Part shown: one piece after another, positions 19,052 through 27,898 of the stretch
Numbering within the stretch: position 1 is the stretch's first letter
Layout: each line of letters begins with the position of its first letter
Origin: Treponema sp.
GTDB lineage: Bacteria > Spirochaetota > Spirochaetia > Treponematales > Treponemataceae
Assembly (NCBI GenBank): GCA_017386165.1
Contig: JAFNQK010000122.1
Span: forward strand, 1 to 56,932
Length of the DNA: 56,932 nt
Reading direction: 5' to 3'
Translations under genes and position numbers: made by a program
Notes under the pieces: generated by a model
The model's database searches: none
What the model was told of the DNA's origin: nothing
The model's input: the letters and a program-made list of their open reading frames with translations, nothing else

Positions 19052-19586
19052 TTTCGGCTCCTAAAATCTTTTCAAGTTGATTGCGTGCACGGAAAATTCG
19101 GACTTTTACGTTTCCTTCTGTAATTCCAAGCACTTTGCCAATGTCCTTGTAGTTCATGTCACCATATTCGGCAAGAACAAGAACTTCTTTTAGTTTTGGT
19201 GGCAGTTTATCTAAAGCCCTTTGAGCAGCTTTTACTGTTTCCTGCTGTAAAACCTGTGTTTCTCCTGAATCGTAAGACCTGTGATCTTCGTATAATGCCT
19301 TTTCGTAAGCTTTGCGTTCCCTTGTCTTTCGTTTTACATAGTTTAGGGATGCGTTTTTTACAACGCGAATCAACCAGAACTTTGCATCGTTAAGGCTAGG
19401 AAATGTCAGGCACTTTTCGTTTGCTTTAATCAATGAATCATGAGCCAGATCTTCTGCTGCTTCTTCATCATTTACAATTCTGTAACTGATTTTAAAGAGC
19501 ATCTGCATGGTTTCATCATAGATTGTCTTAAAGTCTTGCGGGTCTGTTGCATTCAGAGGCTTTAAATTGTCTGTCTGACCGTCCAT
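19032..19586 (-). CDS. ECF-family RNA polymerase sigma factor
   Basis: 184 aa; region 2 AAEDLAHD...WLIRVVKN; region 4 LPPKLKEVLVL...YKDIGKVLGITEGNVKVRIFRAR. Confidence 0.93.
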   Translation of the reverse strand: MDGQTDNLKPLNATDPQDFKTIYDETMQMLFKISYRIVNDEEAAEDLAHDSLIKANEKCLTFPSLNDAKFWLIRVVKNASLNYVKRKTRERKAYEKALYEDHRSYDSGETQVLQQETVKAAQRALDKLPPKLKEVLVLAEYGDMNYKDIGKVLGITEGNVKVRIFRARNQLEKILGAENVFLPN

Positions 19587-19594
19587 ACTTGTTT

Positions 19595-19620
19595 AACAAT
19601 GCTCCTTATAAATAGTTACA
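19595..19620 (-). promoter_or_regulatory. Candidate ECF autoregulatory promoter
   Basis: TGTAAC-16-TGTT, 8 nt before the sigma ATG. Confidence 0.45.
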
Positions 19621-19643
19621 ACGAATTTTTAATTTATTAAAAA

Positions 19644-21197
19644 TTAATTGCGCTTCCAGGTTGGCCCCTGTGGTGTATCGATGATTGTAATCCCGCGTTT
19701 TGCAAGTTCGTCGCGAATGCGGTCTGCAGTTGCAAAATCTTTGTTCTTTTTAGCGTCAGTTCGTTCTTTTACAAGTGCATCGATTTCTTCTGCTTCCGGG
19801 TCGCCCGAGTGATCAGGAAGAAGGCTCTTTGCTTCATCTTCAATCTTTTTCTGAACAACTGCTGCTGATTCAATGAGTTTAAGTCCGATTACACTGTCCA
19901 TGCGGTCGATTAAATCAAGGGCTTCTTTTTCAGGGAGAGAACCATCTTTTAATACCTTGTTTACAAGACTGAGGGCAACTGGTGTCAAAAGGTCATTTTC
20001 CAGGGCCTGTTTAAACTGGTCAAGATAAGAAGAAGCCTTTTCAGAAAGTCCGTCGCGGTTGTCTGCCTGAGCTTTTTTATATGTCTTGCCTTTTGAAAGA
20101 GTGATTCCACCTTTTGAAGCAAGCTTTGCAATCTTCTGAAGAAGGGCTGCGCGACCGTTCTTTGCACTTTCGAGAGCTTCGAGAGAGAATACCAGCTGCT
20201 TTCGGTAGTGTCCTCCAAGAAGGAAGAATCTGTAATCCAATGGTTCAAAACCTTTGTCTTTGAGAGAAAATCCCTTTTCTGGAGGAAGCGGAGTCTGGAG
20301 TGTGATAAAGTGTCCGCTGGACTTGCTCATCTTGCCGCCTTCAAGAATGAGGAATTCGTTGTGAAGCCAGTAATTTACCCATGGACCTTCTTTTCGGTCT
20401 TCTTCGGTAAAGCTTCCTTCACTCTGTGCGATTTCGTTGGTATGATGAACAGGAACATGGTCGATACCGCCGGTGTGGATATCAAAATGCTTTCCGAGGT
20501 ACTTCATGCTCATTGCAGAACATTCAATGTGCCATCCTGGATATCCGCGGCCCCAGGGACTGTCCCAGGTCATAGCCTGATTTTCAAACTTTGATTTTGT
20601 AAACCAGAGAACAAAGTCTCCTGGATTGCGTTTATTTCCGTCGATAACAACTTCTTTTCGTTTTCCGGCACCTTCTTTTAATTCGTCGAGATTGAGGTTT
20701 GCGAGTTTGCCGTAATCAGGATATGTTGAAATGTCGTAGTAGAGGTTTCCGCCTGAAAGATATGTGTGACCATTTGCTTCGATTTTTTTGATTAATTCAA
20801 TCATTTCGTTGATGTGTTCTGTTGCTTTACAGATTACATCAGGATGACGAATATTTAAGGCATCAATATCATTGATAAAAGCGTCTGTATAGAATTTAGC
20901 AATTTCGAGAACTGACTGATGGCGTTCTTCGGCTGTTTTGAGCATCTTGTCTTCGCCATCATCTCCGTCGCCTGTAAGGTGACCAACATCAGTGATGTTC
21001 ATTACATGCTTGATGTCATAGCCGAGGTAGCTGAGGGTTCTGTCCAAAGTATCGAGAAAAACATAAGCACGGAGATTTCCGATATGTGCATAGTTGTAAA
21101 CGGTTGGTCCACACCCGTAAAAACCAACAAAACCTTCATGAATAGGTTTAAACTCTTCCATCTTGTGTCCCATGGTGTTGTACAGTCTTAATGCCAT
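19644..21197 (-). CDS. cysS: Cysteine--tRNA ligase
   Basis: [34 protein letters not shown]. Confidence 0.98.
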   Translation of the reverse strand: MALRLYNTMGHKMEEFKPIHEGFVGFYGCGPTVYNYAHIGNLRAYVFLDTLDRTLSYLGYDIKHVMNITDVGHLTGDGDDGEDKMLKTAEERHQSVLEIAKFYTDAFINDIDALNIRHPDVICKATEHINEMIELIKKIEANGHTYLSGGNLYYDISTYPDYGKLANLNLDELKEGAGKRKEVVIDGNKRNPGDFVLWFTKSKFENQAMTWDSPWGRGYPGWHIECSAMSMKYLGKHFDIHTGGIDHVPVHHTNEIAQSEGSFTEEDRKEGPWVNYWLHNEFLILEGGKMSKSSGHFITLQTPLPPEKGFSLKDKGFEPLDYRFFLLGGHYRKQLVFSLEALESAKNGRAALLQKIAKLASKGGITLSKGKTYKKAQADNRDGLSEKASSYLDQFKQALENDLLTPVALSLVNKVLKDGSLPEKEALDLIDRMDSVIGLKLIESAAVVQKKIEDEAKSLLPDHSGDPEAEEIDALVKERTDAKKNKDFATADRIRDELAKRGITIIDTPQGPTWKRN

Positions 21198-21216
21198 CGT
21201 ATTCTCCTGTATAAAT

Positions 21217-21373
21217 TGAATGTCGAGTAGCTAATTCTACATGTAAAATTGTCTTTCAGCGAGAACACTGACTCAAAGCAAACGGCTTCCGCGCTTCGCT
21301 TGTGCAGATGTTTGTTTGAGTCAGAACCTCGCTAACGTCAATTTTATATTTATTCTCCGTAACTCAACATTCA
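21217..21373. repeat. 157-bp imperfect palindrome (REPIN/MITE-like or structured leader) in the cysS 5' UTR
   Basis: Nested arms TGAATGTCGAGT/ACTCAACATTCA, ATGTAAAATTG/CAATTTTATAT, AGCGAG/CTCGCT, CTGACTCAAA/TTTGAGTCAG, CAAAC/GTTTG around GCTTCGC. Confidence 0.75.
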
Positions 21374-21391
21374 TTCTTATAGTTTTTTAAT

Positions 21392-21420
21392 AATATAATG
21401 AAAATGGCACTTGTTTTCAA
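21392..21420 (-). promoter_or_regulatory. sigma70 promoter of cysS
   Basis: TTGAAA-17-TATATT. Confidence 0.55.
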
Positions 21421-21457
21421 TTGAAGTAAGTATATATTGGTGGAAGGTGTAACGATT

Positions 21458-21486
21458 TGGACATAAGTGTCTTATTTTTGTATAAT
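21458..21486 (+). promoter_or_regulatory. sigma70 promoter of murB, leaderless
   Basis: TGGACA-17-TATAAT, 6 nt to ATG 21493. Confidence 0.65.
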
Positions 21487-21492
21487 TCGAAT

Positions 21493-22452
21493 ATGGATAA
21501 ATTTGTTGATTTTGCAAACGAAATAAAACAATCAGGCGAGTTTAATGGTGAAATTATTTTGAATGAGCCTATGAGTAAGCATACAACTTTTAAAATCGGA
21601 GGAGAGGTTCCTGTTCTTTTTGAACCTGAGGATTTGGATTCCCTCTTGATTCTTCTTCTTAAAATAAAGAATGAAAATATCCGCTTTTTTGTGCTTGGTG
21701 GCGGAAGTAACGTAGTTTTTTGTGATGAGACTTTTGAAGGGGTGGTTGTTTCACTTCTCAAACTTAATAAGATTGAAGTTGTAGAATCTGAATCCATAAG
21801 TCAAGATGAAGTTTTAATCAGCTGTGGTGCCGGAGCAACTATTAGTCAGCTTGTAAACTTTTGTACAAAGAATGCTTTTAGCGGTTGTGAGCAGTTTGCG
21901 GGGCTACCAGGAACTGTTGGCGGTGCTCTGTTTATGAATGCCCGCTGTTTTGACCGTTCTATCAGTGACCTCTTTGTAGATGCCTGGTATATCGACCTTG
22001 AGACTTATACAGAACAGCATAAAACTTTTAACAGCAAAGAATGGGAATATAAGGTTTCTCCTTTTCAGAATGATAAAACTCTGATTTTGAATGCAACTTT
22101 TAGACTGTATAAAGGCAAAAAGACAGAAGAAGAAATAACTCAGGATAATAAAAAGTATATTCAGGAACGAAAGTCAAAGGGACATTTTGATTATCCGAGT
22201 GCAGGCAGTGTCTTTAGAAACAACCATACATTTGGTTCTCCAAGCGGAAAACTAATTGATGAAGCTGGTTTGCGGGGCACTCAGTGTGGCGGAGCGCAGA
22301 TAGCACCTTTTCACGGAAATTTTATAATAAATATTGGCGGAGCAACGCAAAAAGATGTAAAAACTCTTGTAGAAATCGCCGTTAATAGAGTAAGAGAAAA
22401 ATTTGGTTTTTGTCTTGAACCAGAGATTATCTTTGTCGATTCCAAAAATTGA
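21493..22452 (+). CDS. murB: UDP-N-acetylenolpyruvoylglucosamine reductase
   Basis: HTTFKIGG, LGGGSN, GLPGTVGGALFMNA, PSAGSVFRN, HGNFIIN, LEPEI; start moved to ATG 21493. Confidence 0.95.
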   Translation: MDKFVDFANEIKQSGEFNGEIILNEPMSKHTTFKIGGEVPVLFEPEDLDSLLILLLKIKNENIRFFVLGGGSNVVFCDETFEGVVVSLLKLNKIEVVESESISQDEVLISCGAGATISQLVNFCTKNAFSGCEQFAGLPGTVGGALFMNARCFDRSISDLFVDAWYIDLETYTEQHKTFNSKEWEYKVSPFQNDKTLILNATFRLYKGKKTEEEITQDNKKYIQERKSKGHFDYPSAGSVFRNNHTFGSPSGKLIDEAGLRGTQCGGAQIAPFHGNFIINIGGATQKDVKTLVEIAVNRVREKFGFCLEPEIIFVDSKN

Positions 22453-22477
22453 CAATAAAATCGACCGATTTTATACT
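22449..22477 (+). promoter_or_regulatory. sigma70 promoter with an inverted repeat in the spacer
   Basis: TTGACA-17-TATACT; ATAAAATCG-AC-CGATTTTAT at 22455-22474. Confidence 0.7.
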
Positions 22478-22497
22478 ATATATTAAGGTGGTCCAAT

Positions 22498-23667
22498 TTG
22501 TTACAGCTCCAGATTGTAAATTTTAGAAAAGACTCTTATCTCTTTGTAGAAGGAAAAGAACAGAGTGATCGTTTTTACATCATTCAAAGCGGTAAAGTTT
22601 GCTGTGTAAAATCTAATGATAAAAACGGATTGGCCACAAAGCAGTTAGGTCCGGGAGACTTTGTTGGGGTTATTCCTTGTATGTCCGGACACTCACAGAT
22701 TGAAAATGCAATTACAATAGAAGATACCAAGTGTATTTCTGTAAAAAAAGATCAGTATCCAGAATTGATTCGCAATAATACTCCAATTGCTCTTAAGATT
22801 ATCCGCACATTTGCCAAGCGAATGCGTGAAATGAATGAGCAGCTTACAACTCTTGCCCTTAACAATGTTGCAAGCGAAACTCCGGAACACATGTTTGAAG
22901 TAGCGGATTATTACGACAATCAGGGAAACCGTGATATCGCGACTTATGCCTATTATCAGTATTTAAAAGAATGTCCTAAGGGCGAACATTTTGAAGAAGC
23001 AAAAGCCCGTTTTGTTGCATATAAGCCAACTTCTAAGGCTACATACTTTGAACCAACTGCAGATTTAAATCGTGTATATAAAGAAGGAACAATGATTTTT
23101 TCTGAATGCCAGAAAGGATCTGATATGTTCGTAATTCAAGACGGTCAGGTTACAATTTCTAAAGTCGTAGACGGAACAGAAGTTGTACTTGCAGTTTTGA
23201 ACCGTGGCGACATGTTTGGTGAAATGGCTTTGCTTGAAAATAAACCAAGATCCGCTTCGGCAATTGCTCATACAGACTGTCACCTTATGGTAATTAACCG
23301 CCAGAACTTTGATAAAATGGTAGGAACTCAGCCTCAGTTGATTGGCCGCCTTACTACTACTCTTGCAGAACGCTTGTGGTCTATGTATCGTCAGCTTGAT
23401 AATGCCTGCCTTACAGAACCTTATCATAAAGTAATCGATATGCTTGCCCTTCAGCTTGAAAAAGGAAAGAAGGTTGCAGGTCCTTATCAGTCTGATTTGA
23501 CTCCAAAAGATCTTGTTGGAATGTGTACAATTCCTGCTAACCAGGAAGCAAGTGTACTTTATCAGCTCAGTACAGATAAAACTCTTAAGATAATCGGTGG
23601 AAAAATCTATATTCCGGATTGTCTTGAAATATTAAAGCAGGCAGCTTTCTTCCGCAAATCAAAATAG
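22498..23667 (+). CDS. Tandem cyclic-nucleotide-binding (Crp/Fnr-like) protein
   Basis: Two cNMP domains (FYIIQSG...GDFVG; MFVIQDG...GDMFGEMALLENKPRSASA) separated by a TPR-like helix pair; TTG start with AAGGTGG. Confidence 0.85.
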   Translation: MLQLQIVNFRKDSYLFVEGKEQSDRFYIIQSGKVCCVKSNDKNGLATKQLGPGDFVGVIPCMSGHSQIENAITIEDTKCISVKKDQYPELIRNNTPIALKIIRTFAKRMREMNEQLTTLALNNVASETPEHMFEVADYYDNQGNRDIATYAYYQYLKECPKGEHFEEAKARFVAYKPTSKATYFEPTADLNRVYKEGTMIFSECQKGSDMFVIQDGQVTISKVVDGTEVVLAVLNRGDMFGEMALLENKPRSASAIAHTDCHLMVINRQNFDKMVGTQPQLIGRLTTTLAERLWSMYRQLDNACLTEPYHKVIDMLALQLEKGKKVAGPYQSDLTPKDLVGMCTIPANQEASVLYQLSTDKTLKIIGGKIYIPDCLEILKQAAFFRKSK

Positions 23668-23677
23668 GAGGATTGCC

Positions 23678-24214
23678 ATGAAAAAACTTTTAGCAGTAAT
23701 TCTTCTTTCAGTATTTGCAATTCCTTTCTTTGCAAATGATTCTATTCCCAATGGTTATGGCGGAGTAGAACTTGGAATGTCTTTAAATCAGACAAAACAG
23801 GCTCTTAAGCACAATATGGACTTTGGTTATCACGGGGACAGGGATGTTTCTCTTCTTCCTGGTGAAAATCGTGTGCTTATTGAAACAGATGCCAGCCGAT
23901 ATGGTTATTCTTTTTTGGAACGCTGCTGGTTTCAGTTTTATAACGACAAACTCTATATTATCACAATTAATGTAAACCGTGAAAAAATGGATCACTACAG
24001 TATTTTTAATACTCTCTGCAAAAAATACGGGGATCCTGTTTCTCTTAATCCTGAAAAATCTGTATGGAAAAGTGGCTCGGTGACAATGAGTCTTGAGAGA
24101 CCACTTACATTAAAGTATGTTGATGAAAAAACTTTTGAAGAATTAAAAAATCAATCTACAGTCGGCCCTGATGCCCGTGAAATGACTAGAGAAATGTTTC
24201 TTGAAGGACTTTAA
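23678..24214 (+). CDS. Secreted hypothetical protein
   Basis: SD AGGAG, signal peptide, operonic position. Confidence 0.7.
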   Translation: MKKLLAVILLSVFAIPFFANDSIPNGYGGVELGMSLNQTKQALKHNMDFGYHGDRDVSLLPGENRVLIETDASRYGYSFLERCWFQFYNDKLYIITINVNREKMDHYSIFNTLCKKYGDPVSLNPEKSVWKSGSVTMSLERPLTLKYVDEKTFEELKNQSTVGPDAREMTREMFLEGL

Positions 24215-24217
24215 TAA

Positions 24218-24661
24218 ATGAAAAAGAATCTCGCTTTTATCTGTCTGATTATTTCTGCCTTTTGTGTTTTTGCCTGTTCTAATAAACTTGAAAAAAAGGA
24301 ACTTACAATTCAAACAAAACAAGGTGAGACTGTAACTGTAAAAGCTGAACTCGCCGTAACTCCAGAAGAACGAAATCACGGCTATATGGGAAGAAAAGTT
24401 ATTCCTGACGGAACCGGCATGCTTTTTATTTTTGAAAACGACCAGATTCTTTCTTTCTGGATGAAAAATACTCCACATCCTCTTTCGATTGCATTTATTT
24501 CAAGTGATGGCCGTATCCGTGATATTTTTGATATGACTCCTTTTAGTATTGATTCTATTGTGAGCACAGGATATGTTCGTTATGCTCTGGAAGTACCTCA
24601 GGGATGGTACAAAAAAGCCGGTGTTTCCACCGGCGATTATCTCAAAATCGATTTTAACTAA
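24218..24661 (+). CDS. DUF192 family lipoprotein
   Basis: VFAC lipobox; AELAVTPEER..GYMGR, GMLFIF, FWMKNTPHPLSIAFI, YALEVPQG. Confidence 0.88.
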   Translation: MKKNLAFICLIISAFCVFACSNKLEKKELTIQTKQGETVTVKAELAVTPEERNHGYMGRKVIPDGTGMLFIFENDQILSFWMKNTPHPLSIAFISSDGRIRDIFDMTPFSIDSIVSTGYVRYALEVPQGWYKKAGVSTGDYLKIDFN

Positions 24662-25809
24662 TCCTGAACTTCAAGTTTTGCAAGCTCGGCTGCGGCAATT
24701 CTGTCGTTTGGGTCAAACTCAAGAACTGCAGTAAAGTATTTCTGAGCCTGGGCCTTGTCCCCTTCTTTTAGGCATAAGTAGCCGAGATTTGAAATAATTT
24801 TGGTGTCTTCTGGGGCAATTGAAAGCGCTTTCATTAAAGCATCTTTTGCCTTTGAAAGTTCTCCTGATTCAAGATAACAGATTGCAAGTTCGTTGTAGGT
24901 ATCAGAATTGGTGTCTCCACCACAAGTAAGTGCCTGATTAAAAGCTGTGAGTGCATCTTCAAAGCGTCCGAGCTTTCTTAAGCCCCATCCGCACAAAAAC
25001 CATGCGTTCCATACTTTTGGATTTGAAGAAAGATATTTACGGATTTCTTCGAGGCCTTTTTCTTCCTGTCCGCTCTGGATGAGCTTGTAGGCCTGTGAGA
25101 AAGCCTGATTATCCATGTTGTCGTTTTCGATTTTATTAAGGATTTCCTGAGCACGATTTAGCTTGTACTCAGCATTTTCATCCATGTTTTCATCTTTGGT
25201 GTCTGCTGTGAGGGCTACGTATGTTTCAAAAGCGCCTTTTGCTTCGTGAAAGTTGTGCTGCTTGAGGTAGAAAAATCCTGCGTTAAAGAAGGCATCTGGG
25301 ATTGCGGGTTCTGCATTCATTGCGTCGTTGTAATATGAAAGTGCATCGTTGTCGTAGGCATCTGCATCTTCGTTGAGACCTGAACGGCGGTAGCTTTCTG
25401 CTCGCTGGTCCAGGAATAATGCAAGATTTAACTTTGTTCCCGGGTTTTCTGGATCCAAACCAAGCAAGGTCATAAAAAGTTCTTCTGCAAAATCCCAGTC
25501 TTCATTTTTTGTTTTAAGAATTGCGGCTTCTGTAAGTTCCTTGAAAATGTTTGGACGAGCCTGCTTGATAATTGAACGGTAGTAGTCCAGGTGTTCGTTG
25601 TGTTTGTCGTAGGCAAGAACTGTTAAAATTCCTGCCAGAACCTGTTCTGGAGCAAGGTTTTCTGTATCATAATTTCCTGGTGCATCCTGTTCTTTTTTCT
25701 GAGCAGGAAGAGGAATTGAAGGGTCAATTTTAAGTGCTGTTTCTGAAAAAGAAAAATCTTTTGGAAGATTAATAAAATAGATTGAGTCCAATGGATTCTT
25801 TGGGTTCAT
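24658..25809 (-). CDS. Tetratricopeptide repeat protein
   Basis: Multiple TPR motifs (AWFLCGWGLRKLGRFEDAL, TYNELAICY, SNLGYLCL...ALEFDP-type endings). Confidence 0.85.
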   Translation of the reverse strand: MNPKNPLDSIYFINLPKDFSFSETALKIDPSIPLPAQKKEQDAPGNYDTENLAPEQVLAGILTVLAYDKHNEHLDYYRSIIKQARPNIFKELTEAAILKTKNEDWDFAEELFMTLLGLDPENPGTKLNLALFLDQRAESYRRSGLNEDADAYDNDALSYYNDAMNAEPAIPDAFFNAGFFYLKQHNFHEAKGAFETYVALTADTKDENMDENAEYKLNRAQEILNKIENDNMDNQAFSQAYKLIQSGQEEKGLEEIRKYLSSNPKVWNAWFLCGWGLRKLGRFEDALTAFNQALTCGGDTNSDTYNELAICYLESGELSKAKDALMKALSIAPEDTKIISNLGYLCLKEGDKAQAQKYFTAVLEFDPNDRIAAAELAKLEVQD

Positions 25810-25828
25810 AATAAATCCTTTAAATTAT

Positions 25829-26917
25829 TTATAAATTGTTTGCAGGTGTCTGCTGAGGAGTGGCTTGAGTCTGTGCTGCAGCCTGTGGAGCTGATTGTAC
25901 TTGAGCAGTAGAGTTTTGTGAAGTAGCTTGTGGCTGAGGAGCAGCTGCTTGTTGTGCAGGCTGTACTTGCTGTGCAGTCTGAGGTGCATCTTGGGCTGCT
26001 TTTGCGGCTTCCTGGGCTTGCTGTTTTTGTGCGAGAGCGGCTTCTGTAATTACTTTATCAGTTCTATCCTGTGCTCCTGGCTGTTTTGGGGCGCCAGCTG
26101 CTGTAAGGATGAGTTTTCTGTTTGTTGTAAGATAGTTGTTGAGACGCATCTTATAACTGAGAGGAACCTGGGCTTCGTCAAATTTTATTCCAGCCTGAAC
26201 AAGATCTTTTCTTCCTTCTACATTGTCTACGGCAACGATTGTTCCTTTGATGTCGATAATTTCGTTAGGGTCAGAACAAAGAAGACGGAGAATAATGTTT
26301 TTTCCGTTTAAGAACTGAGGAACCCCTACAAAGACAATCTTTGCACCGGAGAATGAAAGGTTAATCAAAAGACAACGTCTTGGAACATTCTGGATGAATA
26401 CGATGGTTTCTTTTTTATCGATTCCAAGTTTGCGCTGAGTTATTTCGTCGATGTTAATTCGGTCTTCTTTGCGATTTACAAAGCTGTCATTTGCATCCAT
26501 AAGAGAACCCAATCTGTAAATCAAGTCATCCGGGGGACGCTGTGTAAAGGTGAGAGTTACGATTGCAAGCTCTTGAGAATTCATGTATGGAGTTACATTT
26601 GTAACATGGCAGGTAACAAAGAATGCCAGCGGAGTATTGTCTTCTCCAAAGAAATAGTATCTAAGGTTTACAGGAGGAGCATCTTTTTTGGTAATCTGTG
26701 CAAAAGCGCCACCTGATGTTCCTACAATAATTTTTGCATGCTGGAATGAATTGGAATTGATGATGCAAGGCCACTGTGAACCGCCACACTTGATGTAAAT
26801 CTGGCGAGGATCGATTCTGAGAGTGCGTAAAATATCTTTTGTAAAAACAATTTCTGTTTCGCGGTAAGTGTCGTAGTAATTGTTTATCTGCTGATTAGTT
26901 GCTACTGCAAATCCCAT
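25829..26917 (-). CDS. PilZ-domain c-di-GMP receptor with Q/A/P-rich tail
   Basis: RKEDR (RxxxR) and NLSFSG ([D/N]xSxxG); low-complexity C-terminus. Confidence 0.85.
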   Translation of the reverse strand: MGFAVATNQQINNYYDTYRETEIVFTKDILRTLRIDPRQIYIKCGGSQWPCIINSNSFQHAKIIVGTSGGAFAQITKKDAPPVNLRYYFFGEDNTPLAFFVTCHVTNVTPYMNSQELAIVTLTFTQRPPDDLIYRLGSLMDANDSFVNRKEDRINIDEITQRKLGIDKKETIVFIQNVPRRCLLINLSFSGAKIVFVGVPQFLNGKNIILRLLCSDPNEIIDIKGTIVAVDNVEGRKDLVQAGIKFDEAQVPLSYKMRLNNYLTTNRKLILTAAGAPKQPGAQDRTDKVITEAALAQKQQAQEAAKAAQDAPQTAQQVQPAQQAAAPQPQATSQNSTAQVQSAPQAAAQTQATPQQTPANNL

Positions 26918-26924
26918 AAATGTA

Positions 26925-26953
26925 ATAATAGTTTATAAGTGTGAGTTCGTCAA
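26925..26953 (-). promoter_or_regulatory. sigma70 promoter of the PilZ gene, leaderless
   Basis: TTGACG-17-TATTAT, 7 nt to ATG. Confidence 0.6.
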
Positions 26954-27091
26954 ACTCTTTCGGTTAGAAATTTGGGAAGTGGGTGATGTCAAACATTTCC
27001 TAATTCAAACTACAAAAGATGTTCCGGGTGGAAAATGATTAGAGAGCTGGTTGAATAGATTGCAGCCGGCAATTTTGACGTTTCTTCAATC

Positions 27092-27898
27092 TTAAAAACC
27101 GATTATCGAAAAAACTTTTCTGCTTAGGGGCGGTTTAAGGTACAGATTGTCCTTAATGTATATAAAAGAAGAGGAGCCGCCGTCAAATTCCATGGCTTTT
27201 GAGGCTCCCAAAGAATAGAAAATGCGGGCGCAGTCGGGATAGGAAAGATTTTTTCCATATAATAAATAGATGGTTGATTCATCGGGGCTGGTGGCAATTG
27301 CTGTTCGATAATCTTTTATGTCTTTGAAAGGAAGTATTTCCTTTCCGTCTAGAATTACCCAATATCCGCCGGTTGCATAAATTGTTCCTTTGGAAGGAAT
27401 TGTACTCTGGTCGTCATAGATTCTGCAGTTTAGATTTTTTGTTTTTTCGTTGTAAAAAAATCGGACCCCTGCATAGCGGGAATTTGCTTCGGACATGTTT
27501 TTTTCATTCTGGATTATCAGACCGTAGGGCTTTTGTTTTGAAAAGGGCAGCCTGTTTTTCTGTATAAATGGAATTGTGTTTACTGCCACTGTAAGATTTT
27601 TTTCTTTTGCAAGTTTAAGGCCATCGATTCCGTCCTGCCAGTCTGAAAAATCCCCCTTTACAGGAGAATAAAAGAGTTCTTTCCGAATTTTTGAGAGGTC
27701 AATTTTGCAAACTACAAGCTGTTTTTGGTTGCAAAAATAGTCGATTCCATCCTGGAGGTAGAGCCACTGGATATCATCAGAAATTGGGGAAACTGGTGCA
27801 AGGTTTTTAGTTGTGGTGCATGAAACTGCACAAAACAAAGAAAGCAGTGCCGTACAAGAGAGAATCAATGATTTAACAATGTTTGTTTTGTTTTTCAT
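27092..27898 (-). CDS. Phosphodiester glycosidase (NAGPA/DUF2233-like) lipoprotein
   Basis: Lipobox AVSC; VAVN, YRTAIA, AMEFDGGSSS. Confidence 0.72.
   Translation of the reverse strand: MKNKTNIVKSLILSCTALLSLFCAVSCTTTKNLAPVSPISDDIQWLYLQDGIDYFCNQKQLVVCKIDLSKIRKELFYSPVKGDFSDWQDGIDGLKLAKEKNLTVAVNTIPFIQKNRLPFSKQKPYGLIIQNEKNMSEANSRYAGVRFFYNEKTKNLNCRIYDDQSTIPSKGTIYATGGYWVILDGKEILPFKDIKDYRTAIATSPDESTIYLLYGKNLSYPDCARIFYSLGASKAMEFDGGSSSFIYIKDNLYLKPPLSRKVFSIIGF

Noticed and set aside
21217-21373. T-box riboswitch or integron attC site upstream of cysS
   Set aside because: No GGTGGNACC T-box core or terminator on the cysS strand; no properly paired RYYYAAC/GTTRRRY ends, and no integrase or cassette array
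21448-21472. Second ECF-type promoter (TGTAAC...TGTC) before murB
   Set aside because: Spacer is only 14 bp and a good sigma70 promoter overlaps it
27040-27075. c-di-GMP-II riboswitch-like 3' end (GAGCTGGT...TGCAGCCGGC) near the PilZ gene
   Set aside because: The GGGCAC/GTGC pseudoknot is absent and the orientation is opposite to PilZ
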